Below are positions 26,652-39,239 of a stretch of DNA of 64,000 nt, piece by piece; position 1 is the stretch's first letter; each line of letters opens with the position of its first letter. Made by a program: the position numbers and the translations under genes. The stretch spans positions 8,804,001 through 8,868,000 of the forward strand of contig NC_043003.1 of NCBI RefSeq assembly GCF_006345805.1, in the 5' to 3' direction. The notes under the pieces were generated by a model that did not search any database, had not been told where the DNA came from, and saw only the letters and a list, made by a program, of their open reading frames with translations. Origin of the DNA: Octopus sinensis. Lineage: Eukaryota.

Positions 26652-27835
26652 CTAGCTGAAGGTGACCCGCTCTACGCGCGGGTAAGAGTGTGGTTGTTAC
26701 TTTCTGTTGCTTCCTTTCAGCACGTAAAAAGCACCATCCGAACGTGGCCGATTGCAGCGCCGCCTTGACTGGCTTCTGTGCCGGTGGCACGTAAAAAACA
26801 CCAGCCGATCGTTGCCGCTGCGAGCCCCCCTGGCACCTGTGCCGGCAGCACGAAAAAAGCACCCACTACACTCACAGAGTGGTTGGCGTTTGGAAGGTCA
26901 TCCACCTGTAGAAACACTGCCAGATCAGACTGGAGCCTGGTGCAACCTCCTGGCTTCCCAGCCCCCGTTCAAACTGTCCAACCCGTGCTAGCACGGAAAA
27001 CAGACGTTAAACGATGATGATGATGATGATTCTCCCTCTTTGTTTCTCTCTCCTTTCTCTCTCACTTTCCCACTCTCTTACTCTTCCTTTCTCTCAGACT
27101 CTCCCTCGCTTTCTCTTACTCTCTATCTTTATCTATCTCTCTCCCATTTATAAACAACAAAAGATCTTGAGTAAGTTGAGAAATAAAATATTTAGAAAGA
27201 TCAATCATAAATATCAGGCAATAACAACGGAAAAGTCTGCTTCAAGGCAGACAGCAAAACACTAACATTTAAAGGGACAGACGAACTTGCGAGCTGAATA
27301 AAAATAATAAATATTGGAAACCAAAGTTTGAAAGGATAGAATTTGAGGATAGTAGAGTCACCACCATGGCTGGACTTTCTTAACGACGGACAGCACGTAT
27401 TGACAGTTTAACGGCTGGCGTAAAATTTTGACTTGATGTAAAAGAAAATCCCTAAACACCAATTTTTGAATTGATTCTTTCTCACGACAGTAGACTCACC
27501 ATGGCAAGCATTCAAAACTTCTTCATCATGGACGGCAACACATTGACGATTAAAAGGCTGGCGCAAATTTTTTAGCTTGATGTAACAGATAATTGCTAAA
27601 CACCCGCTCCTTTAAATTTTAATCCCCTTCCAGCCCCATTTAGACTCCTTTTCACATTTTGGTTAATATAACCCGATTTCATTCGGGTCTACTGGGACCA
27701 CTTTTTATAAGATGAAGAATTTTGTCCTAGAGATCACGCCTTTCATTTGAGGAAAAAATAGTTGTCATGCAAATTTGCCAGCACTTTTAACATAGGTGTG
27801 CATATTTTCAGCTCAACCGACCACATAATGCACAC

Positions 27836-27881
<46 letters not shown>

Positions 27882-28660
27882 ATATATATGTATGTATATA
27901 TGTGTGTGTGTGTGTGGGTTGGAGTCTCTCTCATACGTGAGCGTTGACGCTGAATTCTACTGGTAAGCAGGTAAACCTTGTCTTTGTTGAAATAGTTGTG
28001 AGCTGCTGGAGTTATTTCTCTGACGGGTAATAAGAATTTCCATATCCTCCGAGGAAACGAACTGTTGACCCAGACAATTAGAATTAATTTTAATAAAAGC
28101 ATCAATTTAAGAAAAAATAATAAAGTAGTAAAAAATGAAAATTTTGGCACGAAAAATTTGCAGGGTTCTAAATAAATGTTAAAATGTAATAGATACGAAA
28201 AACCTATGTTATCACCAGAACACGAACGCTGGTTGGTGTGTTCTGTTTGTATTTGGTCGATCGGCACGTTGACAGGTAGACAGTAGAATGCGATGGCGAT
28301 GGCGATGGAATTTTGTTTCTCTCTATGAATGCAGACAGATACATAGAGTGAGTGAAAATGTGCTGGGAAGAGAGGAAATAGCGAGAGTGAGTTGAGGAAG
28401 ACAAATACATTAAATAACGGGAGTGGAATTGTCAAAGTTATAAATTAGGGGAGTTAGAGGGGAATGGAGGAAATAGTGTGAGTGAGGAAGATGGCCCCTA
28501 GCAACCACACCTTTTAAGATAGGGATTTCTAAGGTAGCCCACGGGCATCGTCACCTCATTTTACATGTCCCTGTAAATTTTGGAGCGAATCGGACGGGAT
28601 GTAGTGGCATTGAAAGTGAGCCAAGCGGTAAAAACGCATTTCAGTTTTATATATATATAT
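26651..28660 (-). mobile_element. Non-autonomous Helitron-like element (~2 kb) with nested insertions
   Basis: Minus-strand 3' end has an ACCCGC-7nt-GCGGGT hairpin then CACCTTCAGCTAGT; the 5' end is (TA)nAAAACTGAAATG. An internal ~135-bp duplication lies at 27350-27610. Confidence 0.6.
26717..27030 (+). mobile_element. SINE body/3' fragment with (GAT)n tail
   Basis: Repeated GCACGTAAAAAGCACC modules, GGTTGGCGTTTGGAAGGTCATCC, ending GACGTTAAAC(GAT)n. Confidence 0.7.
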
Positions 28661-29279
28661 ATATATACATACATATGGGGAGGGAGTCTTTGGGCATGTT
28701 TTTGTCCCCCATCCTTTGTCCCCAACCGGTCTTGGTTTGCTTGCGTCCCCGTAACATAGAGACTGATAGTATACGTACCCGACTTTAAATGAAAAACAAA
28801 TCTTTGAGTCGACTCGTTCGACTAAAGTCCTTCGAGGCGGTGTTCCAGCATGGCCGCAGTCCAATAAGTAAAGCAACCGAAAAATAAAGAGGGTCAGTCT
28901 AGCACTCCTCAAAGATCAGATCCTGCTCTGTAAGTTCATTGGAAGTAGAACCATTCCTTTAAAGAAATGTCTTAGATAACACTAAGATATCAATCGCTGC
29001 AGGCAAAGATGAAGTCTCAACACAGCCGCTTCGAGATGCGAGAAATAACAGTCAAATTTACTTTAAAGTAAAAAAAAGTCAAAATTTGACCCTGAATAAT
29101 AAAGGTGGTGTCGTGACTGGAATACTTTTTCATAATGGGTCTGCTCAATCAGGACTGACCTGGGGTTAAATGATTACAAGTGTAACAATAATATTTTAGC
29201 CTTTAATGATTTTATCACAACGAAGTCACGAATTGAATTGATGTCTGACGTCCAATCTTATCTCGATCTCACCTTCTCT

Positions 29280-30030
29280 TCTCCCTCTCCTTTACTAATT
29301 CTCTCTCACCCGTTTCACTCTGTCTCTCTCTGTCTCTCTCTGTCTCGATCTCTTTATCTATCTCTCTATATCCGTCTCTGTACCACTTTCTCTCTCTCTC
29401 TCTCTGTCTCCATCTCTCAGTCCTAAGCATCTCTATCACTCTGTCTCTGTCTCACTTTCTTTCTCTCTCTCTCTCTCTCTCTCTTTTATTGACTCTCTCT
29501 TTCACTCTCTGAAACTGTATGTCATCTCTCTCTCTCTCCCACTCTCTCTCCCTCTCCTTCACTCATTCTCTCTCTCACTCTTTCTCTTTCACTCGTTCTC
29601 TCTTTCTCTTTCACTCGTTCTCTCTTTCTCTTTCACTCGTTCTCTCTTTCCCATTCTCTCTCTCCCCTTGACTCTCTCTTAGTGTCTCTGTCTCCGACTC
29701 TCTCTCATTTTCTCCCTCTGTCAGTCTATCTATTCGCCTCTCTCTCTCTCTCTCACTTTGTCCCTCTTTCTCTCTCTCAAACTGTCTGTCTGTCTCTCTT
29801 TCTCTTTCTTCTCTTGTCAGTCTATCTGTCCCTCCCTCTCTCTCTCTTTCGTTGACTCTCTCTTTCCTGTATCTCTCTCTTTCACTCGCTCTCCCCTCTC
29901 TCACTCATTCTCTCCCTCACTCTTCCACTCATACAGTTTTTCTCATTTCTTCTCTCTCATTCACCCTCTCTGTGTCCCTGTCTCCGTCTCCCCCCTCTCT
30001 CTCTCCCCTCTCTTTCTCTCTTTTACTTCT
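29280..30030. repeat. Degenerate (CT)n polypyrimidine tract (similar tract at 33575-33790)
   Basis: Directly visible. Confidence 0.9.
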
Positions 30031-30382
30031 ATGCTTCTACACTTTACACTACCTCCATATCACCTTGTTCCTTTCTCTCTTTTTGCCCTTTCCATTCGTT
30101 GTGTATGTGTGTGTGTGTATATGTATGTGTATGTATGCGTATGTGTATGCATGTATGTGTATGTGCATGTGTGCGTATGTGTTGTGTATGTGTATGTATA
30201 AGTGCAAGTACGTTCGCTTGTATGTGTGTGTGTCAGTGTGAGTGTACGTGTGTATCTATCTTTGTTTCTCTTTTCTCTTCTTTCTTTCTACTCTATATAT
30301 TATAGATACACTAGAATTAATACAGTGCATAATTAATATACGCACATACATACATACACACAACACACTTATAACTATATAA

Positions 30383-30434
<52 letters not shown>

Positions 30435-30890
30435 ATGCGTGTGCGTGTGTGTATAAGTTTGTATATATTTATGTCTACATAAATGTATGTAGTTGTGCTA
30501 TGTATGTGTACGTATACAGATACGTTTGTATAAATATATGTATCTTATATACATATTTGTGTGTGAGTGAGTGTGTGTAAGTGTGTGTCGGGTGGATGTG
30601 TATAAGGGGTGGATGTGTATTCAGGGGCTGGTTTCTAACAAAGAAACAAAACTTCCATCACTGGAATCTGGAAAATAACTAAACCTGTTACATGTTGAAC
30701 TTTAGAAAAGCCTTCTGTGTGTGCGTGTGTGTGTGTGTGAGTGTGAGTGTGTGTGTGTGTGTGTGTGCGTGCGTGCGCGCGTATGTATGTATATATGTAT
30801 GTTTTTAGATTCGGCGTTTATGAAATGCGTTGCACGAAAATCTAGGCCTTCAAACACTTATGTAACTATGCAACTATTAATAAATGTGTA

Positions 30891-30934
<44 letters not shown>

Positions 30935-31103
30935 TTGGAGGGAGAAAGTGGTGGTGCGTGCGTGTGTATATATATATATATATATATATAAAATACAAAA
31001 TGGGACAAGAACGCAAAACATCCAGACAGGTGATACAAAAAAGGGACAACAAAACATCCGCATAAATAATACAAAGATAAAAGAAGGGCGGGTCATTCGG
31101 GGT

Positions 31104-31226
31104 TTTCTTTCCTCAGTCGAGTTTCAGATTATCTTTGCAATTTCGGCTGGTTATACTCGAGATTACTCCAATCTGGCCAACCCCAAGGGAAAACTAAGCT
31201 AAGTGCAATAGATTCCTTGGAAGAAA
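31104..31226 (-). ncRNA. Candidate non-circularly permuted hammerhead ribozyme, copy B
   Basis: TTTCTT-[CCAAGG..CCTTGG]-GGTTGG C CAGATT GGA GTAA TC^TCGAGT ATAA CCAGCC GAAA TTGC..AATCTG AA ACTCGA CTGAGGA AAGAAA. Confidence 0.75.
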
Positions 31227-31449
31227 GCAGCGAATGTATACATAAACAAGGACGGGAAAAAAAAGGACAGTGTTACACAAATACAATAAAAATAATAACA
31301 GGACATAACAGGTGTCTTTCGACTAAGGACGAATTAAATTAAGATGGCGTGTGTGGAAGCCTTACAACAGGGCTACGTATGTATTTATGCATATACAGGT
31401 ATATGGTGGTGCTCCAGCATGACCGCAGGTGCATATCTGAAACGAATAA

Positions 31450-32000
31450 AAAGAAAGGTAGACGGAAATTGAAAGAAGCCCTTCGTATATGTGTGTGTGT
31501 GTTTATGTAACTGTCTCCCCATCATCGCTTGACAACCGATTTTGTTGTGCTTACGTCCACGCAACTTAGCGGTTCGGCAAAAGAGCACGACAGAATAAGT
31601 ACTAGGCTTACAAAGAATAAGTCCTGGGGTCGATTAAAGAATAAAAGAATATATATAATATGTTTCAGTCATTTCACGGCGGCCATACTGGAGCACCGCC
31701 CTTAGTCGAACAAATCGACCTCAGGACTTATTCTTTGTAAGTTTAGTACTTATTCTATCGGTCTCTCTTGCCGAAGCGCTAAGTTATGGGGACAAGCACA
31801 GACACACAAACATTTCGAATATATATATATATACGAGGAGCTTCTTTCAGTTTCCGTCTACCAAATCCACTCACAAGGCTTTGGTCGGCCCGAGGCTATA
31901 GTAGAAGACACTTGCCCAATGTGTCATGCAGTGGGACTGAACACAGGACCATGCGATTGGTAAGTAAAAGCAAGGTAGTTACCATACAGCTACTCCTGCA
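31450..32000. mobile_element. Two SINE family 1 copies in inverted orientation (31450-31635 +, 31660-32000 -)
   Basis: Both match the family 1 consensus and are partially deleted. Confidence 0.75.
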
Positions 32001-32244
32001 GCTATATGTATATATGTATATATATATGATAAATAAAATATATGCATACATACATACATATATGTACGTACCTACATCTACATGTATATATACATGCATA
32101 TATAAATATATATACGTGAGTACAGGACGCCACAAATAGACGTAGAACTCAACGAGGAACGAAAACGTAAAAACAAACAGGGAAACGGACTTTTTTTAAC
32201 AACGAAAAAAAACAGAGTACAAAACAAACTACACAAGGAAAATT

Positions 32245-32363
32245 CCCCTTCATCAGCTGTCCCTAGTTCAACTCCATGCGTGTTTCGAAGGTGAGGACAG
32301 AACACGACTCGTCGAACTAATCCTTCCTGCGAAAGAATTAAATAAAATTCCTTTGCAGAGGGG
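32245..32363 (-). ncRNA. Candidate non-circularly permuted hammerhead ribozyme, copy C
   Basis: CCCCT-[CTGC..GCAG]-GAAGG AT TAGTTCGAC GAGT CGTG TT^CTGTCCT CA CCTTC GAAA CACG CATGGA GTTGAACTA GGGACAG CTGATGA AGGGG. Confidence 0.75.
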
Positions 32364-32539
32364 TAAAAACAAGGAAAGAAAAAAAATGTGACAAAAACAG
32401 GACGTAAAAACAATACAAATAAAAAACAAATACAAAATAAGAATACAAAAACAAAAAAATACAGTACAAGAAGGAATAAAAACAGGACAGGAAACCAATG
32501 AGGGCCTTTAAGCATATATATATATATATAAATTAATGT

Positions 32540-32788
32540 AGGGTATCTAAGAGATACCAACACGCTGGAAATAACAGTCAAAACTTGACGCTAAAACCAC
32601 ATTAAATGTTCATACAGTACCAGGAGAGAAGACAGAGAGACAAAATAAACTACCAAAAAAGAAAATTACTGGATAATTCCAGATCCCGGATTTCTGAATC
32701 TTCTCTCCTGGTTGTGTATGAACATTTAATGTAATTCTGGAGTTAAGTTTTAGCTGCTATTTCCAGCGTGGTGGTATCTCTAACCCTA
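32540..32788. repeat. Imperfect inverted repeat (~95-bp arms)
   Basis: GAGATACCAACACGCTGGAAATAACAG..ACCAGGAGAGAAGA versus TCTTCTCTCCTGGT..CTATTTCCAGCGTGGTGGTATCTC. Confidence 0.8.
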
Positions 32789-32902
32789 AATTATAATTTT
32801 AAATAATTATTACCTTTGAAGATTTTTATTCCATGCTGGCACCTGATAAGATCGGTATTTAAATATCGATCTTATCCATATATATAAATAAGGATAAGAT
32901 CG

Positions 32903-32940
<38 letters not shown>

Positions 32941-33131
32941 TAGGAGAGATAGAGAGAGAGAGAAGAGAGAGAGTTATGGTGATGCAAAGAAAAATAAAAC
33001 TCACAATATGAGTATATATATATATTTATTAAGATTAACAGAAGCAAGAGTGACTCAAGGCCCGAGAGTTTCGTGCGCTAGCACTTATGCATATATACAC
33101 TTATCATGCACACACACACACACACACATAT

Positions 33132-33173
<42 letters not shown>

Positions 33174-34011
33174 TCGTATATATATATATATCTACTCGCA
33201 TACATGTGATTATAGCATACACCACGCTTTCGCTAATTGTTTTTCAATACAAACACCTAAACACCCGGATACACACATGCATATATACGCACACCTATAT
33301 ACACACTATTTTCATCTTATGGCATCGAAATACCAATCTCTGTGTAACAGTTTATCGCATATTTCTGCTCTCCCCGTTCATTGACCAGCGACCATCAGCA
33401 GCAGCAAGCATCCAACTCCTTTCCTCCTTCCCTCTTCTTCTTCCTCCTCCAACTCCTCCTCACCATCATCCTTGCCTATGTCTCCGCCTCCGTCCGTCCG
33501 CCACACCATCCCTTACTACAACAACTTCTCCCTTGCTATTTCCGGTCGAATTTCGATCCCTTCCTACAGATATAGCTCTCCCCATCTCTCTCCGTCTCAC
33601 TCTCACCATCTCTCTCTCCCTTTCTCTTTCTCTCTCTCTCGCTCTCTCTCTCTCCCTCTCTCCCCCCTCTCTCCCCCTCTCTCTCTCGCTCTCTCTCTCC
33701 CTCTCTCTCTCTCCCTCGCTCTCCCTCCCCCTCCCTCTCTCCCTCTCTCCCCCCCTCTCTCTCTCTCGCTCTCTCTCTCTCCCTTTCTCTGTCGTTCGCT
33801 TCATTTCATTCTTTACTATATATATATATATATATATGTTCTTTCCTCTCCATTTCTCCTTCGCAATTATCATTCGTTAATTATTATTATCAATATTATC
33901 ATTATCAATTTATTCATTGTGCCTCGTACTTCTTTTTTTCATTTCGCGCGCACATTCATGCTTATGGACGCATGCGGATTCATTATCGCTGCTCCCTTCT
34001 TTCTCTCTTTC

Positions 34012-34052
<41 letters not shown>

Positions 34053-34139
34053 TATATAATATTCATATATATGTAACATGCATGCATGCTTATACGCACA
34101 TACATATACTTATGTGTATATATATAATGTATAATGATA

Positions 34140-34162
34140 TATCTAGATATATATACATACAC

Positions 34163-34219
<57 letters not shown>

Positions 34220-34231
34220 ATATATTTATAT

Positions 34232-34284
<53 letters not shown>

Positions 34285-34395
34285 ATCACGTGACCGACCA
34301 GACCATCAGATGTTTGTTACACATCGCTGGTCACAATGCTTCGCATTGTTTTTAGCCTTCGAATGACGCCACCCCGCTGGCTAAGCGAGCAGGCA

Positions 34396-34426
<31 letters not shown>

Positions 34427-34900
34427 ATTATATTCTATATATATATATTATATATCTATTATATATATATATATAAGTATGTATATATATATATATATAA
34501 TACACACACACACATATATATACTACATAATCAATATATAATATATGTAATTATGTATAATATGTATATAGATATATATCTATATCTACATATATACACA
34601 TACAATATAATATATATAGTATATAAGTATATATATATATATGTATTTATATATATATATATAGATATATATATTATATATATAATATATATATATATTA
34701 TATCTAGATATATATATATATATAGTATAAATATATACTATACCATATATATACATACATATATACACATACGTACATGCGTATGCATACATATATACAT
34801 ATATCTATGTATGTGGATATATATATATAATAATATATATATATATATATATACTATATCTATATCATATATATCTATATATATATATATGTATGTATAT
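34140..34900. repeat. Degenerate (TA)n field with a short SINE-tail insertion (34280-34395)
   Basis: Directly visible. Confidence 0.9.
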
Positions 34901-35436
34901 ATAGAAGGGGAGAAAGAGAAGACAAACAAAGACAGAGACAGACAGACAGACAGACATATATTCCTAATTATAAGGCAATCAGGCATTTCTTTCAATTCCT
35001 CATCGCCATCATCGATGTTATACGTACAGCGCTTCTTGTTAAATAGTCATCGTCTCGGCTTTTCCATGTGATCTCTGAGAGCAACAACCAGCAGCAGCAG
35101 CGGTCGCAGCAGCAGCAGCAGTCACAGCAGCTGCAATTCTGTTCCTAGCAGCAACAATGCCAGCAGCAGCATCAGCACCAACTGAAGCAGCAACAATGCT
35201 GTCGATGAGAACAATAGCGGCGGCAACAATAATTTTCTTTTATCTAACATAAAAGGCCGATCCTACAAAGAAAGAGGATTTTTAGCTAATTACGTCAAAT
35301 GTAACGTATTACTGGTACCTATTTTAACGATCGCCCCCCGTGGAGATTTGAACCTGAAGCGGTCAGGCGTGAAATTTAATGTTACCCTGCTAAACACTTT
35401 CGTTTCTTTTGTCATTATGTAATAGTATAATGTAAG

Positions 35437-35849
35437 ACAGCGATCTGGCTGAAACGTTAGCGTACCTGACGAAATGTTTAGTGGTATTTCGTCTGCCGCT
35501 ACGTTTTGAGTTCAAATTCCGCCGAGGTCGACTTTGCCTTTCATCCTTTCGGGGTCGATTATATAAGTACCAGTTACGCACTGGCGTCGATGTAATCGAC
35601 TTGATCCGTTTGTCTGTCCTTGTTTGTCCTCTCTGTGTTTAGCCCCTTGTGGGTAGTAAAGAAATAGGTATTTCGTCTGCTGTTACGTTCTGAGTTCAAA
35701 TTCCGCCGAGGTCGACTTTGCCTTTCATCCTTTCGGGGTCGATAAATTAAGTACCAGTTACGCACTGGGGTCAATGTAATCGACTTAATCCGTTTGTCTG
35801 TCCTTGTTTGCCCCTCTATGTTTAGCCCCTTGTGGGCAGTAAAGAAATA
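35437..35849 (+). mobile_element. SINE family 2, head + two ~184-bp tandem units
   Basis: GGTATTTCGTCTG at 35483 and 35667. Confidence 0.85.
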
Positions 35850-37274
35850 TATTGAACCCGAAACTATTGTCTCTGTGTGTATATGTGTGTGGTTGGGAAG
35901 CGACTTTCTAAATTGCACAGCTATGCCTGCACCATTTTCTTTCCAGTTTTTATTTTCAAACAGAGCAAATAAATTTATTTTGCCTACGTAGATTAAAAAA
36001 ACAACAACAACAAAAACCAATAAAATCTCGCTCAGTGAAACGATGCAGTTCTCCCATAACAACGTCCGAATGATTATTTCATATAACCGCCAGACATTGT
36101 ACTCAAAAACCTGATGTATCGAACTACATAGACTTCGTGTATATTAGATTGAGTAGATTTCAGTACAAGTTATTGGGTATAACGGCTGAATGAATGGAGA
36201 GTTGATAAAAAATTTAATAGGTTCCACGCAAAATTTGCATATTGGTCATATGCTGTCCATTTTCTAACTGAAAATATCATGGTGCATTGGTGCTCAATGC
36301 TTCTCTAAACAGCATGTGTGCATATATATGTTTATATCTGTATATGATTGTATACATGCACACACATATATATATAGATACATACACATATGGTTGTGTG
36401 GGTTAAAAAGCTAGTTTTACAACCGCGTGGTTTGGGGTTTCAGTTCCATTGACAGCACTTTAGACAAGTTTTTTCTTCCGTAGTACCGGACGAACCAACC
36501 ATTGCTTTGAGTGGGAATTCGGTAGACCCCACAACGCTTTTCTTTTTCTTTCTTTCTTTTTTCTTTTTTGAAAACCTGTTGCTTAATCTAACGCTCTCTC
36601 TTGCCGAACCGCTAGGTTACGAGGACGTAAACACATCAGCGCCGGATGTCAAGCGGTGTTGGGGGACAAAGATAAGCACAAACACACACACACATACGAC
36701 AGGCTTCTTTTAGTTTCCGGCTACCAAATCCATTCACTGCTTGACAGTCGGTGTTGGTGTGTTAACATCCTCGTAACTTAACACTTCGACAAAAGAGACC
36801 GATAGAATAAGTATCAAACTTAAAAGAAAAATTAAGTACTGGGGTCGATTCGCTCGACTAAAATTCTTCAAGGCAGTGCCCCGGCATAGCCGCAGTCTAA
36901 TGACCGAAACAAAGATAGCAGGGCCTTTATCCTTTTTAAAACTCGGATATTTATAAAGAATCCATTAATTCTTTGTTACAGATCCAGTTTATAATTGGTA
37001 TATTACAATTCACTAGCAAGAAGATTGCTGCTGTTTGTTCCTTCTCGAGCCATGCCTGGCTCATAAGGGCCGGTTTCCCGGTTTCCTTGACGTATAGGTT
37101 CCCCACCTGGACGAGACGCCGGTCCATCGCAGGTGAGCTGCAAGATGCAGGAGGAAAGAGTGAGAGAAAGTTGTGGCGAAAGAATCAGCAGAAGTTTGCC
37201 ATTACCTTCTGCCGGAGCCGCGTGGAGCTATGAAAACATAGGGGTCATTTTCATAGCATTTTTTCCGATGGCCG

Positions 37275-37335
37275 GATAAATGAAGAGATGGCGGCGTGGA
37301 TTTCCACCTCGGCATCCGAAACTCGGAGTTTTATC
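37275..37335 (+). ncRNA. Decayed minimal type I hammerhead
   Basis: GATAA ATGAAGA GATG..CATCC GAAA CTCGGAG TT TTATC; C3->A substitution. Confidence 0.4.
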
Positions 37336-37626
37336 AGGGCTACCGATTAATTGACACTTATTACATTTACAGATAAATTCCTCTATTTACATAATATCGA
37401 GGTCTCTTTCATTCTTTTGTTGTGTTACCATTTTTATCAATATATATATATATAACCAAGAAAGTTAGAGGTTGTGAATCCAACCAACTAAGGGATAATA
37501 TCTATCTAATATACTGCTGGTAGAATACCCAATTATTGATACACAAGTGTTTTTTTATTGCATTGCAATTACATTACCTAGTGTACGAAATGGGTGAAGG
37601 TAAAGAGATATTTTACCATTAGTTTA

Positions 37627-37828
37627 TATAGCAATAAGAAAATGGAGGGGATCAAGAGGTGGTAGTCATCAACTTTTAGATATTATATTTTGTTAACTTA
37701 TTTATTTATTTATTAAACTGATAATTACAATAATATACATACATATAACATAAATAGAGTTAGCATAATATAATATCTAAAAGTTGATGAACCACCTATT
37801 GATCTCCTCCATTTTCTTATTGCTATAT
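37627..37828. repeat. Inverted repeat (~60-bp arms)
   Basis: ATATAGCAATAAGAAAATGGAGG..TCATCAACTTTTAGAT versus ATCTAAAAGTTGATGA..CCTCCATTTTCTTATTGCTATAT. Confidence 0.8.
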
Positions 37829-37829
37829 T

Positions 37830-37877
<48 letters not shown>

Positions 37878-39239
37878 ATATCTATATATATATATATATA
37901 TAATATATATATATATATAATATGGGGTTGGGGGAGTATGTGTGTTTCACGGATTCAATTTGAATTGCAGCTTTTACGAAGAATCGATTGTCGGAAATAT
38001 AGAGTCGCTGTCCAAAGTCCATGACCACAGCAATTGCCCATGACGGACATTTTCACTCGAAATTTTGCCCAAAACAGTGGGCGATTACTGCAGTCACCTG
38101 ACCGATTCGAAAGTACGTCATCGTAAAATATAAGCAACAACAGAAGTCAAAGGTTAATGCATACAGGACAAAGATAAAGGAGAACAAGCTTAATTGGTAG
38201 AGGAAGAAAACGGGGATAGTAACGAAATATGTTTACAATCGGCGAAGAAAGATAGGAGATGACATGAATACACTGAATGGTTAATAACTATGCGAAATTG
38301 AGAAGTTAGCACACGCAGTGGCATAATATGTACTTTGTAGATAATAACAATGGCAAAGAAAGTGATACAAAAACGAGCAAGAGAAAGCTAGTGAAGTAAC
38401 TTCACAAAGATGTTTCTTTGTTTCTTTATACTTTTTCGAGAAGTATTTTTCAGGCCAGTGATTTGATTTGAGGTCGTGTGTTGAAACAAATACAATTGCA
38501 GCGTGGAAAATACCCATTAACTATTCAAAAACACACAAAGACTATTTAAATTTATTTGGTAGATAACTTATTATTTGGCGTCAAAACGTTTCGTCGCACC
38601 AACTGCGACCTGATCACTGACACGATTCCACTGCATCTGGCTTGTGATGAAGTTGTTGGTTAGTATACAGGGTGTCTATAAATTATCTTTAGAATTTGGA
38701 AATTTCAGGGGGGAAAAAAATAAGGATAACTCAACAAAGTTTATTGAAAAACATAAGGAAATAAAATGTTATTAGAAGCATCCGAACATTTCCACGCAGG
38801 TTCCATTACTTGCATACGCGACGGCGGCGGCGGTGGTGGTGGTGTCAGTGGCAGTGGTAGTGGCGGTAGTAGCAACGGTACAACTGATGATGCTAATTGC
38901 AATTAAATGACGGTTAATTAGTACTAAAGTTAATGTATCGAGCTCGCTGGTCAATTGAAAAAAAAAAGGATTGATTCAGTTGAGTATAGGTCTATCCTCG
39001 TTTATCACGGGTATTGAATGAATCAGCGATAAATGAATTATAGAATAAATAATTAAAAGTAGTTTCCGTTCCGAGACACCAAGTTATCCTGAATATTGTA
39101 GGTGGTCGCCGAGGCACGTTTCTGCGGCACAAGCGCAATCTGTGACTGATTACCGACCCATGTTACCACAGATCAATTTCTGATAAGTGTAACACGGTTC
39201 ACAATTGCCCCACCGTGTTATCTCGGATCAGTGAGGAAT

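Noticed and set aside
27743-28435. 230-aa ORF on the minus strand
   Set aside because: It has a TTG start, low complexity and a microsatellite, and lies inside a Helitron-like element; no Rep/helicase motifs.
35075-35230. CAG-rich tract as a poly-Gln exon
   Set aside because: The frame is interrupted by stops and there is no supporting splice structure.
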